Shown: positions 42,279 to 56,931, numbered from the whole stretch's first letter. The stretch is DNA of 63,296 bases, filler included, from Atractiella rhizophila (GCA_021432655.1; 6 parts of 5 records of this genome joined end to end with filler, not necessarily neighbours in it), one strand, 5' to 3'. The notes: generated by a model from the letters alone, not told the origin. A program made the numbers and translations.

Positions 42279-42378
42279 NNNNNNNNNNNNNNNNNNNNNN
42301 NNNNNNNNNNNNNNNNNNNNNNTTAATTAATTAANNNNNNNNNNNNNNNNNNNNNNNNNNNNNNNNNNNNNNNNNNNN
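42279..42378. other. Artificial contig spacer
   Basis: N44-TTAATTAATTAA-N44. Confidence 0.97.
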
Positions 42379-43751
42379 AAACTGATAACATTGCTTACTG
42401 TTGGTGGCACATTTAAAAGGTTAACTCACTTTTGAGTTTGTTGGCATTTCGTCTGCTTTTCGTTCAGTTTTGTATTGTTGCTATTTGTTAGAACGAAGGA
42501 TGCAATAGACTGGAATATGATACTTGGGCTATGTACAATCCCTCCACTATCGGTGCACCAAGTTCCTCTCCTGAGTGAGGTGCCTCAGCTTAAGGAGAAC
42601 CTGATTGGAAATGAGATACCCTACAAAGCATGTCCTTTCCATTTCAGCAGCCTACAACTTTGAGATTTTTATCGAATATGTCAAAGGCAAGATGACAAAC
42701 CAAATCATGTCATGGCCATAGGCCGATATCATGAAGGGCTTGTTAATGGCACATTTGTGGATTGGACCGAGGATTCATTGCAAGGATTTCTAGACTACAA
42801 CTGTCCCTGTACCATGTCAACATGAGGGAAGAGAAACAAACCACGAACCGGTGGTCATATTCATCTGTTTCCAGAGGCTAGTACACGATCCCACATCCCA
42901 ATGTGTTTGGATTGCCGGATGCTCGATACAGTCAGCCCGATTCCCTCACAAAATAAGAAAACGAACGAACCATTGGTGATGCTTCTAACTTTTCGTGAGA
43001 ATTATAAAAAATTGGAACCTGGACTGATGGTTAGTAGAGCGACGTGGGCAATTTAGGAATACTCATCTCTAGGACCATGTGGCCGTGAGGTCTGGAATTG
43101 AAATGTTGAGCTATGTCTTCGAAGCGAAAAAGTGCGGGACTCATCTTTTCTACCTTCCACCTGTGCCTTGAAGCAATCTAATCAATTGAAGACAAGTGAG
43201 AAAAGGCATTAAGACGTACGATGATTTTCTAGCATGTTAAGATTCTCTTTCGCGGTGACAGATCCTACCCCTGCTCCTATTGTCGCCCGCGAAAACGGAG
43301 GAGAGGGCGAGGGCAACTCGCAACGATTCATCAGCGTCAATGGTTGGGCACTAGTTGTCGGACGTCCATCGGGTACCTATAATGTTAGCACAATTGAACC
43401 TGCCCCATGTTAGTTCTGAAGAATAAGTTAGGAAGCGCGCAGGAGAGAAAACAAAGAAATAGAGAACCAAAAGAAACCAAAATCTTAAACATAGAAACCA
43501 AAACAGAGGACCAAGAACCGAACTGCACCAGAGAGAATCAATCGCAATCAAAATAAATAAGAATAAATGGGCCAAAAAGAGAAAAAAAAGACACAAATGG
43601 TCAACCTAGGCGGCGACAACGTTGACGAGGAAGCGCGGGCTCTGATGATCGTTTATCGACACCAGAACAATCCTTTGAGCATGTCGACCGCCAGCTCGAG
43701 CCATCCTCCACTGATGACACCTTCATCGACTTGTTCGCCAACGTCGTCGGT

Positions 43752-43950
43752 ATGCTCAATAGGCGTTTGCTCAGACTGCTCAACAGATGTTCGCTCGGAC
43801 TGTTCGAAAGACGTTCGCTCGGACTTCTCGATGGATGTATGCTCGGGCTGCTCGATGGAGGTTTGGTGGCATGAGACGACAGATGCTCGTTCGCTAGGTA
43901 CGATAGACGTTTGTTCGGATTGTTCGACAGATCTGTGCTCTGACTCCTCG
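43752..43950 (-). repeat. Degenerate 24-nt coding tandem repeat (EQSEQTSI-like, ~8 units)
   Basis: EQSEQTSI / EQPEHTSI / EKSERTSF / EQSERTSV / EQSEQTPI in ORF 43653-44111. Confidence 0.8.
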
Positions 43951-44508
43951 GTGGCAGGGCTCCTAGCTCTTCGCCGTTCCTCTTTCCTCAGTCTGCGAGC
44001 CTCTTTCCTGACTTTCGCCTCATGTAAAACCATGATGAGTGCTGGGCTGAAGTTCGGGATATTCCCTTCGTACACGCGCTTGCTCTCCCTAGATATCGTC
44101 CGCATAAGCAATAATCAAAAGACAAGGTCACAAACTGACTTTGTCGTCCCCCTTGCTCTATAAACTTCGACACGATTCTTCGCAAGGCGTTTAGCATGCT
44201 TATGCCTAGCATTCACGACAATGGCATCTCGCTGCATCCTCCAAAACACGTTGACCCAGATAAAGTCGTGCTCCTTGAATCGCAGGCTCCGTCGTGCTTC
44301 TTCTCCCTTCGGCAGGGGTGAAGCAACAACAAACTCGCGCGTCAGGACCTTCTTCGGCGTCTCCTCCTCGTCATCCCACACCCTCAGTCCATCCTCATTC
44401 AAAATAACTTCTACAACTCCATCTTCACTCGATGTCGACCCCGACGCGTTCTCGTGTCTCCGGCGCAGAGATCGAAGAATGGCTTCGCGCTCGTACACAT
44501 TTGCAGTG

Positions 44509-45352
44509 TCGCGAGAGAGGTATCGAGAGCCTTGCACCATCCCACGACCCCAAACATCGAGGGTACCTTGGCTGCGAATCTTTCGTAATTCTCTTGAAGA
44601 GTAAACTTCTCCTGGTATTCTTCAGTGCTTTGGAGGACGAAGACTGGAGTATTGGCTTGTTGCGTTGGGATCTCGAATGACATGTCGACGTCCGTGACGC
44701 CTAAGCCTATTCCAGAATCGACGGAGGCAGCCTTGGTTAGGGAGGCCCTGCTATCGTTTAGAGGAGTATTTGCGTCGGCGTAGAGATGTTTGAGGGAGGA
44801 GGGAACGAGAGGTTTCCAGGTATGAAGCAAGGTCTGGACCAAGATTGCTCGAACCCAGGTTCCTCCACAAAGAAATAAATGCTTACAGAGACTTCCAAAG
44901 GTCTGTAGTGGACAACACTGGACATCTTTGACTCTTGGGCTTCGAAAATAAACAGGAAAATAAAAGGACGCGTCGCGTTCTTGAGTAGTTGATCTGGAGT
45001 GCTTGTTTCAAAAAGAAGTGCTTCTTGCTGTCTAATGAGCTTAGGAGCTTGACAGAAAGTCTTGCTGAAAATGTCTCGAAAGCGAACAAATCAGAGAAAA
45101 CCAGATGGTGGTTGAAGAGAAATTGACTGCAATGGAAACTGAGACTCTTTCATGGGAAAAGCGGAACCAATTTACCCGCCGTACGTGGTGTCTGCGCCGC
45201 GTTCTTTGGGAATCATTCCTGCATCCCTTCCTGCTTACACTCAATGCCTCCTGCTGCCAGCTGATATTCTAATATGGTGGAAAAAAACATTGTCAGCTTG
45301 TCGATCTACTACGAAGTCGATTTTTGGAAGTGAGAAACAGTGACGAACCATT
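44509..45352. repeat. Segmental direct repeat, copy 1 (~845 nt)
   Basis: Near-identical to 45966-46826, from TCGCGAGAGAGG to ACCATT. Confidence 0.95.
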
Positions 45353-45598
45353 TGTTGGACTGGATTCCCCCAACGTGAAGGAAGACAGAACACGATCAGA
45401 ATGCAGAACTATAGATAAGTGAGATACAGACCTGGATTCCCCCAACGTGAAGGAAGACAGAACACGATGGGGAAATCCAGAAGAGGTAGACCAGCTTTAT
45501 ATACGTGGGTGAGCGGGAGACGTTGGGAAACGGGAATACAAAGTGAGTGAGACACCAACAGAAAGGAGTCCACTACCCGACCAGCTGGGCATCTAACA
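45353..45598 (-). mobile_element. 3' LTR of a Ty1/copia retrotransposon (246 nt)
   Basis: TGTTAGA...TCCAACA termini on minus; adjacent polypurine tract GGGGTGGGAG (45599-45608); internal TATATAAAG; internal ~37-nt direct repeat. Confidence 0.88.
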
Positions 45599-45965
45599 CT
45601 CCCACCCCAACGTCACCAGAGCGAATCAGCACGTATAGCTCAGAAGGGATAATAAATCCAAGAAATGAAACACCAAGAAAACTAAACAAATCAAGAACGC
45701 CAAAGAATCTTCGATCCAATTGCCCGTACGCCTAACATGTCCAGTGCCTTCTTCAAGGAAACGTATGGGAGAGCCTTCGTGAGACAGTCTGCGACCTGAC
45801 ACGCGGTGCGAATGTACCGTAAGACAACCTCGTTGCGATTGACCCTATCGCGCACGACATAGTACCGTAATAAGAAGTGTTTTGACTGAGCCTGATGAGA
45901 ACCGTTCTGAGAAATGGCGATGGTAGCCTGGTTGTCCTCGAAGATAGTGGTCGGAGGAGCAGGAA
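45599..45965 (-). mobile_element. Ty1/copia RNase H C-terminal fragment and PPT
   Basis: TIFEDNQATI...SKHFLLRYYVVRD...YIRTACQVADCLTKAL, the characteristic copia RNase H signature. Confidence 0.93.
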
Positions 45966-46826
45966 TCGCGAGAGAGGTATCGAGAGCCTTGCACCATCCC
46001 ACGACCCCAAACATCGAGGGTACCTTGGGCTGCGAATCTTTCGTAATTCTCTTGAAGAGTAAACTTCTCCTGGTATTCTTCAGTGCTTTGGAGGACGAAG
46101 ACTGGAGTATTGGCTTGTTGCCTTGGGATCTCGAATGAAATGTCGATGTCCGTGACGCCTAAGCCTATTCCAGAATCGACGGAGGCAGCCTTGGTTAGGG
46201 AGGCCCTGCTATCGTTTAGAGGAGTATTTGCGTCGGCGTAGAGATGTTTGAGGGAGGAGGGAACGAGAGGTTTCCAGGTATGAAGCAAGGTCTGGACCAG
46301 AAGTGCTCGAACCCAGGTTACCCCACAAAGAAATAAATGCTTACAGAGACTTCCAAAGGTCTGTAGTGGACAACACTGGACATTTTTGACTCTTGGGCTT
46401 CGAAAATAAACTGGAAAATAAAAGGACGCGTCGCGTTCTTGCGTTCTTGAGTAGTTGATCTGGAGTGCTTGTTTCAAAAAGAAGTGCTTCTTGCTGTCTA
46501 ATGAGCTTTAGGAGCTTAACAGAAAGTCTTGCTAAAAATTTATCGAAAGCGAAAATATCAGAGAGAAACCAGATGGTGGTTGAAGAGAAATTGACAGCAA
46601 TGGAAACTGAAACTCTTTCATGGGAAAAGCGGAACCAATTTACCCGCCGTACGTGGTGTCTGTGCCGCGTTCTTTGGGAATCACTCCTGCATCCCTTCCT
46701 GTATACACTCAATGCCTCCTGCTGCCAGCTGATACTCTAATATGGTGGAAAAAAACATTGTCAGCCTGTCGATCTACTACGAAGTCGATTTTTGGAAGTG
46801 GAAGTGAGGAGCAGTGACAAACCATT
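45966..46826. repeat. Segmental direct repeat, copy 2 (~860 nt)
   Basis: Near-identical to 44509-45352; joined directly to the copia fragment at 45965/45966. Confidence 0.95.
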
Positions 46827-47191
46827 CACTGCGCTGCCCGTGATGTCGAAACTACGGCAATTTGCCACCGAAAATCTTGGCTCAGGTCTTGGCACGACAT
46901 CTGCCCTTAACAGTTCCCACAACACCTTCTTCTACTGCTGTAATATGAGCTCCTCCTCCTCCACTCATGCTCCGGAACCGAGCAGCGTTCGCTCTCAAAT
47001 GCGAACCGCTGACTACGTTTCGCTTATCCAAGTCGTCACCTGCCTCCTCTCCTGTCGTACGAGAACTGACATTATTGGCATGAAAATGACAGTTGCTCAT
47101 CCTCCCGATCGCCCTCTACGTCACCCGCTTCCAACCGTGCGATACTCCGCTCCGCCAATTCGTAGCTTTCCACCTCCTCCGGGTAGCCATT

Positions 47192-48075
47192 CTAGCGTGG
47201 CCGGTGAAGATTTGGAAGATGCGGTCCAGCTCTCGCTTGCGGGATCCATTTCGGTTTCGGCTTCGGAAGGCCATCCTCTTTCGGAGCTTCGGCTGAAGTC
47301 GAGGCATGAGCTTTCTTCGTTGGTGGAGCGTCGTCGTCCTCAGACGCAGTGTCAACTTTGTGTTTTTTCACAGGCGCTTTCTTTTTGACTGGCTCCTCCT
47401 CAGAATCAGGGACGACCTTTTTCTTTGGAGCTGGCCGCTTCTTCGGTGATGCAACCCTCTTCGTCTTTGGCCTCTCTTTCTCCTCCTCGCTCTCATCATC
47501 GTCAACCACGAAATCATCTAAATTCTTCCCCTTTCCCTTCGACTTCTTTTTCGGCGCATTATCATCGCCAGACTTTCCGATCTTCTTTTTGACCGGTTCT
47601 TCCTCATCATCATCATCACTAACAACTACAGTCTTCTTCTTGGAAGAGGCAGGCTGCTTTCGCTGCTTCTTGACTGACCGGTCCTCGTCGTCACTGACAG
47701 CAGTAGTCTTCTTCGCAGAGCCGACTGATTTTCGGGGTTTTTTCTTCACTTGCTCATCCTCTTCGCTTGATGGTGGCGCTTTCCGTTTTGGGGTTGCTTT
47801 AGCGGGTGCGGCGTCGTCAGAATCGATGTCGATGGTGATTGGATTCCCTTTATTAGACTTTGAACTCTTTTCCGGCGGCTTGGAGGAAGATGGCTGGGAA
47901 TTCGTGGGAAAGAAAGATCGAATGTCTTTGCCCCCATTTGGTTTTGTGTTTGCGGCTTTCGATGTCGTTGGCATGTCGTCGAAATCTTATGGAGGAGTCA
48001 GCATTTGACAACATTTAACTTTTAAGTGAGCAAAAGAAAATTAGGTATAGTCCGAAGGACGACACTACTTGGCAT
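47192..48075 (-). pseudogene. RFC1: RFC1-like N-terminal fragment truncated before the BRCT/AAA+ domains
   Basis: KDIRSFF, Lys/Asp-rich region with DDFVVDDD, ending KPKPKWIPQARAGPHLP then stop; no BRCT or Walker A downstream; probable mini-exon ATG at 48075. Confidence 0.6.
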
Positions 48076-48676
48076 GAGTTGGCAAATAAAGGGAACCCTT
48101 TTGGACACTGGGCGTAAATGGACACGGGAAGTCCATATTGCTCAACATCGGACACAAATCCACCAGGTCAAGGCGCAACCTGAAGGTTTGACCGCCAAAT
48201 CGCGTAGAGTTAGGTCATATCAGCTGTTGATGGTGGGACATATTCTCGTTAAACCCTCAAACTGCAAAGGTCGTCGCACATTGACAAAAAAAAGCAATCC
48301 AACCAAACGAAACCAAGTTTGGAACAAAAACCCGAAAACCCCCCCTCAACAAATGCCGGCCCAAACCTGAAAAAAAACCCCGTCCCCAAAACTAAGCAAC
48401 CTAAACCCAAACAAAATGGCAAAACAATCCCCCAAAAAAAGGCCTCCCCCGGCACCAAATCAAAACTCAAGAAAAAAAATAAGAAAAGGTCCGTCAAACT
48501 TGAAAAAAAGGAAAAGCCCCAAAACCCTAATGCTCTCTGATAAGGGCTGAGCACCACCATCTCCTTGAACAACTTCCCTCAAGCAAGGACTACACACCTT
48601 GCTAATTAATGACTCTGCCCCAGATCATATAGGTTATTCCCTTGTTGTACACCTAATATCCCATTCCGTAATAACG

Positions 48677-48741
48677 TTTTCGCGCAAAAATGGAGCCTTT
48701 CGACGTGTTTTCTCGCGGGAAGTTGACAATGGAAGACGCGT
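48677..48741. promoter_or_regulatory. MCB/SCB-like CGCG elements in the divergent RFC1-fragment/PSD1 promoter
   Basis: TTTTCGCGCAAAA (48677), TCTCGCGG and ACGCGT (48736). Confidence 0.35.
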
Positions 48742-48873
48742 TTTCGTCGTTTGGAGCGGAACCGTAACTTGTGCATCACGTATTTCAACTTTCAACAACT
48801 TCTCCTTGCATCCACGCCTCGACGATTTGATTCTTCAGCAGTAGCTTGGGCATCGCTTAGACTATCAGGGAAG

Positions 48874-50623
48874 ATGTTCAGGACCTCAACCCGCAAACGC
48901 GACATGCTCAAGAGCTATTTGCGCCGACGAGTACGCTGGCAGAGCTCGCATTCTACCCCTCCATCACACGAGCCATTCCTCCGTTCGTTGTTCGGATCCA
49001 TTTCTCACTCATCATTTGCTTACAATCTGCTTCAGAACGCTTGAGGGCGAGGCTAAATGATACCCCCACGAAATGGTATCCACTCCCTCTCGGCGCTGGG
49101 ATAGCCATATTGTGCTTCTTGAGTTTCCTCAAAGCCCGGACTCGCTATTCAGATGCCGAACGCCTGGCTAGAGAGAAGCAGGCTGGGACAGGAGAAGGAG
49201 AAGAGAGAGTGCCTCCTGTTCGCGTAAAAGGGCCATGGCAGGTTCGTCCATTGTGTTTTATCAATTGGGAGCTGCACGCAGACTTGGTACCCAAAGGTGC
49301 ATGTAATTGGCGCACTTCCACTGCGCACTATCTCTCGCATCTACGGTGCCTTAAACTCCTATACTCTACCCGTTTGGTGTCGAGTCCCGGGCTTCAAGCT
49401 CTATGCTTTGGTCTTTGGCGTAAACCTGGAAGAATGCGAAACTGACGACCTCACCACATATCGATCCTTGAGCGAATTTTTCATGAGACGACTGAAGGAG
49501 GGAGCACGGCCGATTGCTGATACGATACTAGTGAGTATCCTTGGCCTGCGTTACCAAAGTTGAGAACGTGCATAGGTCTCGCCTGCCGACGGGAGGATTG
49601 TGAACTTCGGAACGATCAAAGGCTCGAGGGTGGAGAGCATAAAAGGAGCATCTTACTCACTCGATGCCTTACTTTCCGGCTCTGGCGCATCCACTCCCAT
49701 TCCCTCTACTCCAGGCTCTTCCACTCCGTCAGAAACCCCGCCCTTGAACCCTGACCATCACATTGTCTCAGAGCGGGAATTCGCAAACCTAAATGGCCTA
49801 GAGTATTCGCTCACAGATCTGGTGGCAGGAACAAAGGAGCAACAGGCAGACCGACGGGTGGAGAAGGCGGAAGATGGAAAGGAAGGCGGAGAGACGGACG
49901 AGACTGTTGACAGAAAAAGCGCATCTCAAGAGGCGGCTGTAGCGATGGAGTTGGAGGGAGAAGGATGGGCTCCGTGGAAGGGAACAAGGACAGGAACTAA
50001 GTATATTTCTTTTTCCTTTCTTGGTATCGTATGCTGATGATGTCTGGTGATGACAATAGGCTCTTCTATACAGTTGTTTATCTCGCCCCAGGCGATTACC
50101 ACCGTTTCCACTCGCCCACAAATTGGGTATGCGAACGTAGACGCCATTTCGGGGGTATGTTGTCCTCTCTTCCTCTTCAATGCCTTCCCACTTCATATCT
50201 GATGACCCGTCCACGTGATAAGGCGAACTTTTCTCCGTCTCCCCCTGGATGGTTGGGAAACTGGCCGACCTCTTCGTGCTCAACGAGCGCGTAGCCCTTC
50301 TAGGTCGTTGGCGTCACGGCTTCTTTTCCATGGTTCCAGTCGGTGCGACGAATGTCGGCTCGATCAGGATAAACTTCGACAAATCCCTGCGGACCAATAG
50401 CCCTCTGCGGCCCACCATTCCTGGGACATTCACGGAGGCCAACTACAAAAGCGCGAGCTTGACGCTCAATGGACAACCGATACGCATTGGCGAGGAAATG
50501 GGCGGATTTTGGCTTGGATCTACTATCGTGCTGGTTTTTGAGGCGCCGGAAACTTTCAGCTTTTTGGTCAAGGAGGGTGAAAAGGTGAAGGTCGGGCAAG
50601 CGCTGGGAGAGGTTAAAACTTGA
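48874..50623 (+). CDS. PSD1: Mitochondrial phosphatidylserine decarboxylase proenzyme
   Basis: Basic presequence, TM segment, [47 protein letters not shown] autocleavage motif. Confidence 0.95.
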
Positions 50624-51382
50624 ATGCTTCGCTATGGGGCACCCAAAGGGTTACGATGATGGGCTCCAAAGAGAGTACATCGTGTGGACGAAGAGATTAA
50701 AAGTATGCTTGTAAGATATGGGATTAAAATCGATAAATACAACTTCGTAATCCAGTTTGATACGCCTAGCCCTACATTTGATTTCCTAGTATTAGGGTGG
50801 CCTCAGCCTCTGCGTAGCCTACACTTCACAGTCGAAGCAACACCGGGAAGAGGGAATTGCGAAACGTCGAAAAATGCACCGTCCCCATTTGTTATAGTCT
50901 GCATGTAGCCATGGATGCTTTCACTAGGTGTAGCCCCAGAGAAGCTTACAAGAAAATCAAATACTGGTTCTAGAACCGTGACGAGCCCAACAGTAAAAGT
51001 TTTGCTTACGAGTATCCTCTTTTGGATAATTTGTCTGCTTCCACTCTCCCTCAAGTCTTAGCTTGTGAAAGCCACTAAAGATATGAGCAGCCATTCACTT
51101 CACTGAAATGGGTTCCTGCTAGACAAAGACTTCCGCAAGGGACCTTTGTCCTCTTATCCGCAGCCAAAGACAAGGGAGTTGCGCTTATTGCGATAATGTA
51201 TTCTTTAGGTGTAGTTTAAGGATGACAAAGGGATCTCAATATCAGTGAATGCTTGACCTTTTAGCTCTTCAGCTAGATTTCGCTGATGCGCTGCTGTCGG
51301 CAGAGAGACCTGTCATAGCCGTGTATCCCTTTATCTCTCTCCATCAAAGGGAAAGAATGGATAAAAGAGAACGTCATCCTCT

Positions 51383-51886
51383 GATGCCTGGTCCCACTAA
51401 ATCAAGTTCTCAGCTTCTCTCGTCTCCTTTTGACAGAAGTCAAGATGCCCTTCATCAGCTCTCACCCTATGTACCAAAGCTCGGTAACAAAATCCAAGAG
51501 ATGGTAATCCACGTCCAGTAACGCTGAGACATTTGCTGAGATGGCGCAACAGGGTACGCGAAAAGCGTCCTTTCGACATCGGCGGTGGTAGGGTCGTAGA
51601 TCCAAGCCTTCACCCGCATTATGATTATGTCGATGCAGCTTGGTATCCATGGACAGTGGAAACACGTCCTCGACACCCAGCAGAATCGGCAAGTGACTAC
51701 AGAGTACTGCAACAGCAGAAATGGGAAAGACAATGGCTTCGCCAGCAGTTGCGCGACAATGACCGATACGAACTTCCGCGGATCGACGAGTATGGCTTTT
51801 ATGCTGGATTAGATCCCGTGTATGGACCGGAAAGACCAAGATCCAACTTTCATCGTGGGCTTTCTGTCTCTCGTTATCTGTGCTGA
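51383..51886 (+). CDS. Small hypothetical protein (possibly two exons)
   Basis: ORF 51533-51886 with protein-like composition and an upstream ATG exon ending at GTAAT; no family. Confidence 0.3.
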
Positions 51887-53275
51887 GGATTGCTGAGAAC
51901 ATATGTAACAGCACGAAGAATCATTCAAAATAACATCCGCGCCTGGAGAAGTGCTTGGTAAACGAATTTCTGCTCAAGTTCTATTTGTTTGGTGCCCTGC
52001 CTTGTCGCGGGCAAACGACTTTCCATTTGTTGACTTTGCTTGGTTTGACACCAACTTTCCTTCTAATGATATTGAATCTAAGAAATTTAATGCAAACACC
52101 CTCTTCCATCGATGTTACCAACAAGCCAATATGCCGACGACACACGTCAGGGTAAGCATTCAGAGAAGGTCATGTCAATGCGCTCGAGGTTTTAACACCT
52201 CCCCCAGGGAAATTAGAGAAAAATGTGTCCGAGCAGAATAAGATAACTGCATATGATCTGCCCAGATTCAGTGCTAAAAATAAACACTATGACCGCAATA
52301 AGGCGACAAAACACTTTCCAATGTCAGACTCGCTCTTTGGTAGAAGCTGATCATCAATAAAGACAGCAGCACATCATCTATCATTTCCTGTGATTTTAAA
52401 ACAAGTCTACTTGAAGGAATCAATCAAGACCAGCGCAGAAGGAACTGCTGTTTAAAGTAGTGAATACCAAGCGAGCTCATGCATCAGATATATTGATTGG
52501 AAATGTCTCATGAAAGGAAATACACTGTTGATGAAATGCCGTGCCCTTCCCTCGTCAATGAGAGATAAAACACAGCTAAAGACTTGAATGCAAAACGAGT
52601 ATCCACGACGAATCTCTTCAACTTGAAAACAGATGCTGCGCTCGCCTTAACCAGAGACTGCAGATTGCAAGGGTTCCTTCTACTACGCCAGTGCATAAGT
52701 TACCGCTTATGGTTGACGTCAATAAGGGCAACAAAACGAGTTGAGTGTAGGGTTAGGGCCGCCGCAGGCTATAACTTTTCACAAGGTAGTGACGTGCCTC
52801 CCACCAACGACGAACTCTCAAATTTTCACCCTTACGAATCCTAACGCATTACTTTAAATCTTCCAAAGGTGCGTCTTCTTTCCTGTTTGCTGTGAAGTAA
52901 GAATATTATGGTGGAAGAAGGGAAAAATTTGGGTGAACTTAGTGTGCTGGTTAGACAACTCATGAGGTGGGGTTGTGTTTCACCCGTTAGAGAGCCTGAA
53001 AGCAGACATTCAACTCTGAATATGTTACGTGGGCTTCATGAGATGAGTCTGGATATTTTTCTGAGATAGGAAGTCCACATATGTGACTCGAGAGGAGGGA
53101 GGAGTGAACCCAATGACGTATGCTTATCACTTACCAACGGCGCCAAATGCGCCAAATACACAAACCTTTGCGTCCTTTATAAAGCCTCCAGTCCTCTGCA
53201 TAACGTCCCGTTGTCAAACCACTGTGCTAACATTTTATTTCCCTGAACCGTGTAGACAACCAACAAACGATCAAC

Positions 53276-53876
53276 ATGTCGGCTCAAGACAAATTCCAGT
53301 ACTACGTCGCCCAAATCGACAAGGAGCTCTCAAAGTATCCAGCGCTCAACAAGTTGGAAGCGCAGACCCAAATCCCCAAAGCCTACTCTGTCACTGCGGC
53401 CGTCGGAATCTGGGTCTTTCTCATCTTCTTCAATGTTTTCGCTGGATTCCTTAGCAACTTCTTCGGATGGGCCGTCCCCGCTTATTTCTCTTTGAAGGCA
53501 CTTGAGACTCCTCAGAGCGGTGACGATCAGCAATGGCTTACTTACTGGACTGTATGGCCTCTTTTCTTCCGATTGATCCCGGGGTATTGAGGCAAGTCAT
53601 CGCACAGGTGTTCGGTGGTTTCACGGTGCTGGAGAACATGATCGAGCCTTCTGGATGGTTCCCTTACTACTATGTATTCAAGACCATCTTCATTATCTGG
53701 CTCATCCTTCCTTCCACCAAGGTTCGTGTCTTCCAATTCATCCCTTTGATGTGACACCTCATTATCGTTGGGGGGAATAGGGAGCGCAACTCGTCTACCA
53801 CAAGGTGTACAAGCCACTTCTTGCCAACGCCAAAGCAGCTGCACCTCAAGCCCCTACCCCAGCTGCCGCAGAGTAA
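53276..53876 (+). CDS. YOP1: ER tubule-shaping protein Yop1 (DP1/REEP family)
   Basis: QIDKELSKYP, PAYFSLKALET, DDQQWLTYW, WFPYYYVFK, WLILPSTK-GAQLVY; two coding introns. Confidence 0.95.
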
Positions 53877-54366
53877 TGGTACGCCTGTCCCACTTCGCCT
53901 AGATATACGAAGCTAACCTGCGATTCACTGCAATGCAGGAGCGGACGATAGCCCAATGATAAATGATGAATACATCACTTTTCAATTTTTCAGCGTTCAG
54001 TTTGTACCCACGAACGAATCCTGCCTCTTTCTCTTTTCACTTTCTTGCCTGATAGTTTCCGCAAATGTCTTTTGAGTGGACTGAACATGTTGGTATGGTG
54101 CAGTTTGGTGACAATGCAGTAGAATGTTACCTACCTTGATGTAGCTCACACTTTGCCCTTGCCGCGGTAATTCGCCTCCGACTGAGTAAGCGACATCTCT
54201 ACAAAAACAGTCATCAGCCATTATCCTCAGCAATTAACCAACTGAAATCAACATACTCGCCAGGCTGCTTCGTCGATTTTCTGCCTTCTCGAAGTTCCAG
54301 GTGCGCGTTCATCCATTCCTGTGTGACGGCAGACATCAATCAAATGCTGACCATCAGGTATCTTAG

Positions 54367-56090
<1,724 letters not shown>

Positions 56091-56831
56091 ATAATCGCAT
56101 GCTTAGACTTAGATAACGTAGAAGCAATTATATCACCAAAACTACACAGTCCTCTGACAATGCAAGCCCGCCGAAGCAACCTTGCCGGTGATGCGCTAGC
56201 GCACCCTCGGTTTGTAGAGCGATGAGAGACTTACATGAAGGAAAGGATTAGAAAACGCTGTTCTTTCCTCAACTTCTCCATGGATTGCAATGTCATAATA
56301 GTTGTGCAACACAAATAGACGGAGCTTCACATTGCAATGAAGTCGAAGATCAGTAGATTAATCATCTATTTCACAGGAGGAGGAGATAGCGACAGTCTAG
56401 CCCACAACTTCGTCGTCCCCTGGTCTGGATGAGCATTGACCTTTTATATAGCTCTTCATTCAAAACTTTTGTCTCCTTGAATTGGTCTGGGTCAAGACCT
56501 TTCCGGTCGGTATCCAAAAAACCTGTTACCCTATCGATCTGATCCTTCTACTCCTGCCATGCCTGGATTCCTTTTTATGCTTAGCTCGCTCTTCCTTTCC
56601 CAAACAGGGTACTGGACAGTCCATGTTGTCTACGACTCGGCAGAGCGATTCACTTAGCTGTCAGCAGGATATCAGGTCGCAGCCCTGGACGGCACCATGA
56701 CTTACAGGTCTTAAAGATTTGGTACAGCGGATGATTGATCAGATCGTGGTGTTTAAAACCGTGAGCCTTCAAAAAGAGTCGGGTTCCTTTCTTTTGTCAG
56801 TCGCAGGTACGCGTTCTGCAGCTTAGCCTTT

Positions 56832-56931
56832 NNNNNNNNNNNNNNNNNNNNNNNNNNNNNNNNNNNNNNNNNNNNTTAATTAATTAANNNNNNNNNNNNN
56901 NNNNNNNNNNNNNNNNNNNNNNNNNNNNNNN
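56832..56931. other. Artificial contig spacer
   Basis: N44-TTAATTAATTAA-N44. Confidence 0.97.

Larger units (their letters stand above)
43601..45352 (-). pseudogene. Degraded gene of unknown function (copy 1 of duplicated segment plus its 3' part)
   Basis: Staggered ORFs 44411-44842, 44115-44540 and 43653-44111; 1-nt loss at ~44570 relative to copy 2 shifts the frame. Confidence 0.5.

Noticed and set aside
47349..48008. Long antisense ORFs (also 24532-25230, 59024-59572, 61067-61696, 11389-12084)
   Set aside because: Shadow frames opposite real or biased coding sequence, without motifs of their own.
48280..48540. Lys/Pro/Asn-rich ORF 48319-48540
   Set aside because: Irregular A and C homopolymer runs look like a low-quality read end, not coding sequence.
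52748..52758. TAGGGTTAGGG telomere-like motif
   Set aside because: Fewer than two full units; expected by chance.
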